A stretch of 64,000 nt of DNA. Origin: a candidate division WS1 bacterium. GTDB lineage: Bacteria; Armatimonadota; Zipacnadia; Zipacnadales; UBA5352. The stretch lies in assembly GCA_003566775.1 (NCBI GenBank), contig PXBW01000306.1:1359-65358 (forward strand). Reading direction: 5' to 3'. Made by a program: the position numbers and the translations under genes. Below the pieces are notes generated by a model. That model was not told the origin of the DNA. It saw only the letters and a program-made list of their open reading frames with translations, and searched no databases. Below, piece after piece: positions 9,227-17,900 of the stretch (position 1 is its first letter; every line of letters starts with the position of its first letter).

Positions 9227-10249
9227 ATGGACAAACTCAGGGTAGCGATGGTTGGGGCCGGAGGCCGCGGCGGCAATCACATTCGCGCGATCGCGGCGGC
9301 GCCCAACATCGAGTTCGTCGCTATCTGCGACATGATAGAAGAAGTCGCGGAGCCGGTTGTTCAAGAGTACGGCGTCCCGTGGGTTCCGAGCATTGATCAA
9401 CTCATCGCCGATTACGACTTCGACGGATGTGGGATCTGCGTTCAGACCCCATATCACTACGAGACCGCCATGCAGATCATCGAGGCCGGCAGGCACCTCG
9501 TTACGGAGAAGCCGATGGCGGGATCCATTACACAGGCGCGTGAGATGATGGAGGGTGTCGAAGAGCGCGGATTGGTTGCGGCCATCTCTTACCAACTGCG
9601 CTTCGGTCCCATCTATCTCAAGATGAAGGAACTCTGTGAGCAGATCGATCCGCTGCAGATTGTATTTGCCCGCCAGCGGGGCATGCTGCTCGACAAGTAC
9701 CTCAGCCCGGAGCCATTCGACGGCATTATGGACTTCATCAGCCACGATATCGACATGATACCCTTCCTTGCCGGGCGCGAGCCCAGGAAAGTCTACGCTA
9801 CGATGGGCCGGAGCGTATGGACCTCAACCGGCTCAGTCTCGTACATGACGTGTGACATAGAGCTGGGCGAGGGGCCGCACAGGACCGCGGGTGTCATCTC
9901 ATCATCGATGGGCGGATCAGGCATTCCACAGCGCTTCGATATAATGGGAAGAAACGGGATCGCGGTCGCTGAAGGTAACACGGTCAGCTATGCAGTCGGC
10001 GCCAATCCCATGCCCGGTGAGCCCGGCCGCGACTCCTGGACCGCCGCTTTCGACGGCGAGCGGCGTGATTTCACCGGCGATCTGTATCGACACTGGGCCG
10101 CCAGGTGCCTCGAAAACAGCGCAGATATTGCGCCCGCGGCGAGCTATCGTGAGGGGTATAACGCCCTGCTCATCTCGCTGGCCATGATTGAGTCGGGTGA
10201 AAGCGGGGAGGTCGTTGATCTCGCTGAGTTTGCGGAGGCGGCCGAATAG
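9227..10249 (+). CDS. Gfo/Idh/MocA family NAD(P)-dependent oxidoreductase
   Basis: MDKLRVAMVGAGGRGGNHIRA Rossmann N-terminus. GAGGAG RBS 7 nt upstream of the ATG at 9227. Confidence 0.75.
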   Translation: MDKLRVAMVGAGGRGGNHIRAIAAAPNIEFVAICDMIEEVAEPVVQEYGVPWVPSIDQLIADYDFDGCGICVQTPYHYETAMQIIEAGRHLVTEKPMAGSITQAREMMEGVEERGLVAAISYQLRFGPIYLKMKELCEQIDPLQIVFARQRGMLLDKYLSPEPFDGIMDFISHDIDMIPFLAGREPRKVYATMGRSVWTSTGSVSYMTCDIELGEGPHRTAGVISSSMGGSGIPQRFDIMGRNGIAVAEGNTVSYAVGANPMPGEPGRDSWTAAFDGERRDFTGDLYRHWAARCLENSADIAPAASYREGYNALLISLAMIESGESGEVVDLAEFAEAAE

Positions 10250-10443
10250 GGTCATCCTGCCGGGAACCTGCCGGTCTGCGTGCCGGACTTCCTTCAGACG
10301 GACAACTGCGGCTGGAGGCGTGAACAGGCGGGGGCGAGAGGTCGGGTGAGACCATCGCCTCTGCAGGACCTTCCGCCCCGTGCGGTGAATCATCGCAGCG
10401 CAACAATGACGGTTTCACGCAGAAGTCACGGGAGGCCACGAAG

Positions 10444-11478
10444 ATGTTCGACGACCGCAAGGCTCGACTGGCGTTCATCGGTGCAGGCGCATTCGCCACC
10501 AACTCGCTGTGTCCAAACCTGCATAAGGTACCGCAAATCGACCTTGTCGCGATCTGCGACCTCGATGAAGAGAAGGCCCGTCGCAATGCCCGCAACTTCG
10601 GCGCGCGCGAGGTCTACACCGACGCGGAGAAGATGCTTGACAAGCAGGAGCCGGACGGCGTTTTCGTCATCGGACCCGCGCCGATGCAGTACGAAGTCGC
10701 CCCCATCGTGCTCGACCGGGGCATACCAGTTTACGTCGAGAAGCCCTCGGCCAACACCTCATCTGAGGCAAAGGAACTCGCCGAGCTTGCGGAGGCAAAC
10801 GGTACATGGGGGCAGTGCGGCTTCATGAAGCGCTTCGCATACGTCTATCAGATGGCGCAGCAGATCATGCAGCGCGAGCAGTTCGGCGACCTCAACATGG
10901 TCACGATTCACTTCGGTCAGGGCCCCTACCCGCAGATCTGGGGTATCGACTCAGCAAAACGCGCGATGCTCATCGGGCAACTCTGTCACCTTTTTGATCT
11001 CACGAGATTCTTCGGCGGCGACGTAGCGAGGCTCTCCGCCCTCTACCGCGAGGTGACCGAGACGCAGTTCGCCTTCCTCGTGAACCTGCAGTTCGAGTCC
11101 GGGGCGATCGGGCAGCTTGACCTTAACGGTCTCGAGACAAAGCAGGGCTTTCGCGACATCCGCGAGTGGGTTAAGCTGGTCGGCGTTGAGTCACACATCA
11201 TCTGCGACGGCATGCAGTCCCTCCGCTGGCTGCCTGGCGAAGATTGGATCGACTTCCCGGAGCACACCGGGCGCTTCGAGTACTCCTTCGACCCGGCATG
11301 GACCGGAATCAGCAATTCACGCGCGAACTTCGGCTATCTCGGAGAGGTGCGGCATTTCGCACTGCGCTGTCTACGCGAGGCCGAGGGCGGCCCGGACCTT
11401 TGGGACAGCTACGAGGCCCTTCGTATCGGCGAAGCCATCTACGAAGCGACGGAGACCGGTGACGTGGTAGAGCTATAG
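10444..11478 (+). CDS. Gfo/Idh/MocA family NAD(P)-dependent oxidoreductase (paralog)
   Basis: LAFIGAGAFATNSLCPNL...ICDLDEEKAR. GGGAGG RBS. Second member of a tandem pair. Confidence 0.75.
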   Translation: MFDDRKARLAFIGAGAFATNSLCPNLHKVPQIDLVAICDLDEEKARRNARNFGAREVYTDAEKMLDKQEPDGVFVIGPAPMQYEVAPIVLDRGIPVYVEKPSANTSSEAKELAELAEANGTWGQCGFMKRFAYVYQMAQQIMQREQFGDLNMVTIHFGQGPYPQIWGIDSAKRAMLIGQLCHLFDLTRFFGGDVARLSALYREVTETQFAFLVNLQFESGAIGQLDLNGLETKQGFRDIREWVKLVGVESHIICDGMQSLRWLPGEDWIDFPEHTGRFEYSFDPAWTGISNSRANFGYLGEVRHFALRCLREAEGGPDLWDSYEALRIGEAIYEATETGDVVEL

Positions 11479-11630
11479 ACCGCGGGGCTTCGCTGCGCTG
11501 ATGTCATATGTAGTACTCGCAGAGGTGGGAGGCTCTCTCCCGCCTCTGCTTTCCTTCGTACGAACACTCTCATTCCCCCTGGAAGGATACCTTGTTACCT
11601 CCGGCGAACATGCGCGCAGGAGGTAACACG

Positions 11631-12167
11631 ATGATAAGCGTTGAGCTGGTCGTAAGTCTGAAGATACCTGATGTGACTGCTCTCACCGCCGCGAATGCGA
11701 TACGCCGCAGGCTCGGATATGAGGAGGCGCTGGAAAGCCTCGATCGCGCCGAATACTACCTTCTCGAGCTTGATGTGGGCGATCGCGCGGAGGCTGAGGA
11801 GCTTGCGCGAGATCTGGCCGAGAACACGAACCTCTTCGTTAATCCTAACAAGCATGCCTACGAGATTCGCCTGCCCGAGGATCGCAGCCCAGATGCGCGC
11901 GACGACGGCGCGTGGATCGTGAACGTGCTGGTAACCAATCCCGAAGATGCCTCGGCGGAGGGCATCGTCGCCGCCCTGCGCGACCGTCACGGATACGCGA
12001 GCGTCGTCGAAGCGAAGACCGGTCTGCTGTGGACCATGCGTCTCAATGCCGAAGATGAGAAGCAGGCGCGTGAGATCGCAGAGGACATCACCGTGACTCG
12101 TTCGCAGAGCCACGGCCTGCTGATGAACCCGCACTTCCAGGAGTACGAAGTCTGGATGGGTGCGTAG
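11631..12167 (+). CDS. Tandem-duplicated PurS-like protein (two PurS-fold repeats of about 85 aa)
   Basis: Both halves match the PurS pattern (V.V.V.LK..V.D..G.A....L.LGY...V.....Y.EL): ISVELVVSLKIPDVTALTAANAIRRRLGYEEALESLDRAEYYLLELD and AWIVNVLVTNPEDASAEGIVAALRDRHGYASVVEAKTGLLWTMRL. AGGAGG RBS 8 nt upstream of the ATG at 11631. No purQ or purL nearby. Confidence 0.5.
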   Translation: MISVELVVSLKIPDVTALTAANAIRRRLGYEEALESLDRAEYYLLELDVGDRAEAEELARDLAENTNLFVNPNKHAYEIRLPEDRSPDARDDGAWIVNVLVTNPEDASAEGIVAALRDRHGYASVVEAKTGLLWTMRLNAEDEKQAREIAEDITVTRSQSHGLLMNPHFQEYEVWMGA

Positions 12168-12202
12168 CAGATCGCAGGTTAGAAGCAGAGGAGTGCACCT
12201 CA

Positions 12203-12610
12203 ATGCATGCGTGTCGACTGTTCGGATGTGTGCTCGCAGCGGCGGCGGTACTTGCGCTCACGGGCTGTGGCGGTAGCGAGACGGATGACCCCGGAAGCTG
12301 GATCGTGGGGCAGTGGACGCTGGACGGAGTCTCTCAGACCATAGATGGCCCTCGCCAGAACCCGCAGGACCTCGGCGTGTCCCTGAACGCCGATGTGGCC
12401 GATGACGGCACATGGACCGGCACCGGCTCAGCCCCCGGGACCGCCCCGGAGCAGCGTGAGGGGACATGGCGCTATCTCGGAGGAGGCCGGTGGTTACTCA
12501 TCCACGACCCGGAGATGATGCCGGTGAGTCGGCGCGGCAATGAACTCCATATGAGCGGAGATTACGAGGCTATGGAGGGGCATCTGTGGTTCAGCCGGGT
12601 GGTGAACTGA
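12203..12610 (+). CDS. Hypothetical lipoprotein
   Basis: Signal peptide plus lipobox LALTGCGG. GAGGAG RBS. No recognised domain. Confidence 0.4.
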   Translation: MHACRLFGCVLAAAAVLALTGCGGSETDDPGSWIVGQWTLDGVSQTIDGPRQNPQDLGVSLNADVADDGTWTGTGSAPGTAPEQREGTWRYLGGGRWLLIHDPEMMPVSRRGNELHMSGDYEAMEGHLWFSRVVN

Positions 12611-12683
12611 CAGCGAGCACTCGCCAGCGATCCGCTTGAGACTCGCCCGCTGAAGCCAAACCGATAGAGGGGAGGCGGAAGCG

Positions 12684-14420
12684 ATGCTGCGGTGCTGCAT
12701 ATATACTTTCCTGCCTGCGGCAGCCATCCTGGTCGCCGCCAGCGCTGGGTGTCCGCGTGAGCGTCCAGACGAGTCCGCATCGCGTATCGCCGAGGTTAAC
12801 CTGCGTGGCGATCCTGTGGGCATTACTCCCCTTGATGCCGCAGCCCTGTATGGACAGGCCGATCTCGTCGCCCTGCTCCTCGAGGCGGGAGCCGACCTGC
12901 GCGCCGCGGATGAACACGGGAGAACCGCACTGCATCTCGCAGCCGAACATGGATGTACCGGTACCTCCCGCCTTCTCCTTGCGCATGGTGCCGGCCCCGA
13001 CACATTCCACAGATCCGACGGCACCCCCCTGCACCTTGCGGCCAGCAACGGGCACATGAAGACAGTTAAGCTACTGCTTGAGTACGGCGCCGACGCGTAT
13101 GCCGAGGACCCCTTCAGCGAAACTTCACTGCGACGGGCCCTGAGAAACGGTCACTCTGATATCGGCCGGCTGCTGCTTCAGCATTCGCCTGAAGTGCTCA
13201 CCCCCCACGATTTCGCCGCCCTCGGACCCGTTGACCATCTGCAGGCGCTTCTCGACGCGGGCGAGGCCGTAGATGCCTTTGATCGCGAGGGGTACACTCC
13301 TCTGCACTACGCAGCGGCGAACGGCAACATCCTGAGCATGGCCCTCCTCCTCGAACGCGGTGCCGACGCCGGAATGGTCACCGCTCGTGGCGATACACCG
13401 CTTTGTCTGGCCGCCCGCAAAGGCCATATCCGCGCCGTCGAGTCTCTGCTCTTTCGAGCGAATCAGCCGACTCTGCTCGACGAGGCCGGGCTCTCCGCGC
13501 TTACCGAGGCCGCCCGCCCGGGCCACACCAGTATCATCGAGTTGCTGCTGGCGGTGGGCGTGGATCCCAGTCTAAGCGCACGACCGCTGCAGACTGCAGC
13601 GGCCAATGGTCACACCAATATCGTCGAACTCCTGTTGGAAGCAGGCGCCCCGGTAGAGGCGCGATGTGAGCGCTTCGGCGATGCGGGCCTTCATTGGCTC
13701 GCCGTGGCCGACAACACTGAGATCGTCGCCCTGATGCTCCGCCATGGCGCTGACGTCAACGCGCGATACGATACGAGGATGGGCTCACTGCCGCTGCACA
13801 TTACGGCGCGCAACGGCTACACGCAGACCGCCGGACTCCTGCTGGAGTGGGGCGCCATCATCGATGCAAAGACCTCCGCCGGTGTCCGACCCCTGCAGGA
13901 GGCGCTGGCGAACGGACATGTCGAAACCGCCGAGTTGCTGATCGCATGGGGAGCGGCGCCCCGAGACGGCTTCGAACTCGCTGGTCTCGGACGACTCGAT
14001 GAACTCCGACGCTTCCTTGACGAGGGCTTGAGAGTAGATGCCCCCGGTGACCTTGGCCTCACCCTGCTGCATTACGCTGCCGCCAATGGCCAGGGCGAGA
14101 TCGCTTCCTACCTGCTCAATCGCGGGGCTTCGGTGGACCGCCCGGACATTGTCACCGGCCGAACACCGCTTCACTGGGCTACGCGGCGAAATTGTACCGA
14201 TACGATGCGGGTACTGCTCGCGCAGGGGGCCGACATCAACGCGACAGACGCAATGGGCCGGGCTGCCCTGCACCATGCGGCGGAGAAAGGCCATGCGGAG
14301 GCAGCCACGCTGCTGCTCAGACCCGCTCTGAAGATGCCCGACGCCAAGTATCCGGAAGGGACGGTCACAGGTTGGTTAAATCTCTCTTATATCGACACGG
14401 AGGAACCGTGCGCGTCGTGA
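12684..14420 (+). CDS. Ankyrin-repeat protein (at least 12 ANK repeats)
   Basis: Repeated G.TPLH.AA..GH...V..LL..GAD.N blocks throughout. N-terminal hydrophobic segment plus Cys (AASAGCP). GGGGAGG RBS. Confidence 0.8.
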   Translation: MLRCCIYTFLPAAAILVAASAGCPRERPDESASRIAEVNLRGDPVGITPLDAAALYGQADLVALLLEAGADLRAADEHGRTALHLAAEHGCTGTSRLLLAHGAGPDTFHRSDGTPLHLAASNGHMKTVKLLLEYGADAYAEDPFSETSLRRALRNGHSDIGRLLLQHSPEVLTPHDFAALGPVDHLQALLDAGEAVDAFDREGYTPLHYAAANGNILSMALLLERGADAGMVTARGDTPLCLAARKGHIRAVESLLFRANQPTLLDEAGLSALTEAARPGHTSIIELLLAVGVDPSLSARPLQTAAANGHTNIVELLLEAGAPVEARCERFGDAGLHWLAVADNTEIVALMLRHGADVNARYDTRMGSLPLHITARNGYTQTAGLLLEWGAIIDAKTSAGVRPLQEALANGHVETAELLIAWGAAPRDGFELAGLGRLDELRRFLDEGLRVDAPGDLGLTLLHYAAANGQGEIASYLLNRGASVDRPDIVTGRTPLHWATRRNCTDTMRVLLAQGADINATDAMGRAALHHAAEKGHAEAATLLLRPALKMPDAKYPEGTVTGWLNLSYIDTEEPCAS

Positions 14421-14459
14421 GTTCGCGCACAAGTCAGTTGAGGAGGGAAGGCACAAGTG

Positions 14460-14810
14460 ATGAACAGAAGAAGCGTTTACATTGTAATCTACATGGTTGC
14501 GCTTGTGGCGGTGCTTCAGGGCTGTGGCTACCGTGTCCCCGAGGGCATGACGCTCCACGACGCCGCCGAACAGGGCGACACCCGGGCAATCGAGGCGTTG
14601 CTTGACGAGGGCGCGGACATCAACGGGCATGATGAGGATGGCTGGACTCCGCTGCACTGGGCCGCCGGGAAAGGCCAGGAGGAGGCCGTGCAGATGCTGC
14701 TCGACCGCGGGGCACAACCGAACCTCGGTGGCGCGGGCTTCACACCTGGCTTTCTCGCCGCCCTTGCCGGCCACACCGAGATCGTCGAACTGCTGCGGCA
14801 GTACGATTGA
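14460..14810 (+). CDS. Small ankyrin-repeat lipoprotein
   Basis: Lipobox LQGCGY followed by 2-3 ANK repeats. The N-terminal 40 aa are paralogous to the 30441 ankyrin protein. GAGGAGGGAAGG RBS. Confidence 0.6.
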   Translation: MNRRSVYIVIYMVALVAVLQGCGYRVPEGMTLHDAAEQGDTRAIEALLDEGADINGHDEDGWTPLHWAAGKGQEEAVQMLLDRGAQPNLGGAGFTPGFLAALAGHTEIVELLRQYD

Positions 14811-14975
14811 GTGTCGTCTCGAATCGCCGATGCACTTCGTCGCCCTGACGCAGGATGCGCAGGGACTCACGGAGAAGGCAGCAGAGTTGCTTTCAGTGCG
14901 CAGTTTTTGCCCACCAGGCCGCGCGCGGAAGGTTGAGATGACTCGCGCACCGCAGGCGCACCCGGAGGTTCCGCA

Positions 14976-17900
14976 ATGAAGCGATGGCAGATCGTGTCGA
15001 TTCCCCTTGCGCTGCTGGTTGCCGTGCCGCTGCTGGGCCCGCTTGCCCTCGGCGCCAACGGTGAGGGGCCGGTGGCACTGTGGACGTTCAACGGCGAGTT
15101 CCGGCGACTCAGCCGCGATGTCGCCTCTGACACGCATCACGCGATAGCGATGGGCGACTACGAGCACACCGAAGCTCCGGGTCTGCGAGCGATCGTGCTC
15201 GACGGTGTGAGCGACTTTCTGCGCGTGCCCGACGACCCGGCGCTGGTCATGACCGACGCGCTGACGATCGATGTCTGGCTGAGGATCGACACCGATGAGG
15301 GCGGGCCTCACTGTGTCGTGGACAAGCGCGGTGAACGCTACCGCATTCACGTCTCCGGGGGCAGGCCGATGTTCGGTCTCAAGTCCGCCGACGAGCGCAT
15401 GGACCTCAGTGGCGGGGAGCTTCAGCCCGGCCGCTGGCACCGCGTCACGGGGGTCTTCGACCGACCCGAGGCGCGTCTCTACGTGGACGGGGAGCAGGTC
15501 GGGCGCACCACCTGGGATCACGAGATCAGTCCGGGCGGTGACCTGATCATCGGCTCCAAGGCCGGAGTTACCGACTTCTTCCCCGGGGCGATCGATGAAC
15601 TGCGCATCTACGACTACGCGCGGTCGCCCCACCCCGATGACGAACCATCCACCGAACCGATCGGAGTGATCGTCATAGACGCCGAACTCGCAGTGGAGGA
15701 GATCGCGGGCGGCGTGCGCGTGGACACCGGCGCCGCGGTCTATGAGCTTACCGATGACGCAGCGCTGCGCTCGCTCACCATCGGCGAGCACGCGGTGATG
15801 ACGGACAACGATCTGCCGCTGCTGGCCGCGTCGATCTTCGAGTCGGCGGAGTACGACGGCTGGCGCGACTACGCTCCCGGTGAGGTCACGGAGGCCACCT
15901 GGCGGGCGGGCGAACATGCCTACGAGACCGATGACGAGCGCTTCGTGGCCAGGTACACCGGAGCCCTCGACTTCGGCGGCGCCGACACGATCGACTGCGA
16001 GCTTTCCATGGAGGCCCTGCGAGGCAGCCCGTTCCTGACCGCCACGGTGGCGTTGACACGGGACGGGGAGTTCACGGACCGCTTCCTGCGCGATATTTCG
16101 CTGCGCCTCCCGCTGGCGCTCGACCGTCGCAAGCGCGTGGTGCAGGGTGGTGACCGGGGCATTCAGTGGAACACGCGGCATTTCTTCCAGTTCCACGTGA
16201 GCCCCACCCAGCGGCTTCTGAACGAGCCCGATCACAACATCTGGCGCAACTTCGCAATCGATCAGAACTCGCCCGCCGACTTCAACCTCTGGCGCTCCGA
16301 GAGCACGGCCACGCCCTCGCTCTCCATGCAGCGGGGCGAGCAGGCACCGGGATGGATGGCCGTCTACGATGAGCGCGCGGGCCTCATCTTCGGCTACCGC
16401 GATTTCGCCGAGCGCGCGCCAAAGTCCCTGCGCGTGCATGCCGACGGCCCCGGCGAGGCCCGCGTCTGCCTCTGGCACGAGGGCCTGCGCGCCCTCTCCC
16501 CGGCCTCCCCGCAGGCGGAGGTCATCTTCGGAGAGCCGCATGTCATCGACCTCGGGGTCTTCGCCGATGAGTTCACCTTCGCACAACCCGACCTCGCGCT
16601 CACGACGCACCGGGGCCTCGATTCGCTGGTGAGTGACCCGCCGAATCGCAACGAGGTGCCCTTCGACGGTATTAACCCGCTGGCCGAGGAGAGCGCGGAG
16701 ACGGAGGCGCCGCTGATCACCGGTGGAGTGCCTCTGCCCCGTGGCGCGGTGAGCGACCCCGCGAACGTCCGCCTCCAGCGCGAGGGCGCGGACGTCCCGC
16801 TGCAGGCGAAGCCGGTCGGCTACTGGCCCGACGGTTCGATCATGTGGCTGCTGCTGACTTTTCCTCCCGAAGGCGGCGAGGTCGCCGGAGCGGCGGGGAC
16901 CGGCGATGCGCTGCAGTTCGATGTGACGCGCCGCGATGGCTCCGCCGGGGCGTTCACCCTGCTCTACGGAGGCGACTGCGCCGCCGGGACGCCCGCCGAG
17001 GCGCTTGCCGCCGAGCAGGACGGTGACGTGGTGCGCATCGACACCGGTCGCCTGCAGCTTGAGCTTGCCGCCGACGAGGGCTGGCTGCGCAGCGCGGTGC
17101 TGGATGGCCGCGAGATGCTCTCTGCGCCCGGCGGCAGCTTCGTGGACTTCCTGCGCACCGACGTGATCTACCCGTCGATGACCGCCCACCCGGAGGGCGA
17201 ACTCGATCCGGGCGCATTCGTCCCGGGGACGATCGAGCTTGAGGAGGCCGGACCGTTGCGCGCGATGGTGAAGCTCACCGGCATGACCACCGCGCAGGAC
17301 TCCCCGCGCATGGTGCTGCGGCTGGAGGCGTACGCGGGCCGCAGTTGTGCGCGCATCGAGCAGAGCGTCGAGTTCCTCCACCCCGATCCGCGCGAGGCCT
17401 TCGTGCGGCGCATGGGGTTGGAGCTCCCGATCGTGGACGCGGGCGGTACCGTCACCGCCGGCGGGCAGGACGGCCCGGTCGCGCTGGAGGGCGGTCGGCG
17501 CGCGGGTCTTCGCCAGCACAGCCACCTCGGCTACACCGCGTGGAGCCAGCGCGCGGAGGAGCGCTTCCTGCGCATCGGCGAGGCGCAGAACCGCTCGCGC
17601 GGATGGCTCGACGTGAGCGGCGAGGACGGCGGCGTGGCGATGATGATCCGCGACGCGTGGCAGAACTTCCCCACCGAGATCGTCCTCGACGCCGGCGACG
17701 GGCGCATGACCGCGTACTTCTGGCCGGAGAGCGAGCCGCTGATGGATGTGCGCCGTTACTCCAACTACCCGCATCGCTCACAGGGCGAATCCACGCCCTC
17801 CGACAGTTCGTGGGTGTCCGACGTGTTCTACGAGAACGAGCCATTCGTCGGCGTGACGCGCACCCACGAGCTTCTGATAGCCTTCCACGGCCCGGAGGTT

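Noticed and set aside
9065-9745. 226-aa minus-strand ORF
   Set aside because: Antisense to the first Gfo/Idh/MocA gene.
11595-12203. 202-aa minus-strand ORF opposite the PurS-like gene
   Set aside because: The plus-strand frame carries two PurS-fold repeats and a well-spaced AGGAGG RBS. The minus frame has no recognisable features.
14376-17774. 1,132-aa ORF on the minus strand
   Set aside because: It is entirely antisense to the 1,438-aa LamG secreted-protein gene and overlaps the small ankyrin gene. Its composition is Arg/Ala/Gly/His-rich and low-complexity, typical of high-GC shadow frames. It has no domain, signal or RBS support.
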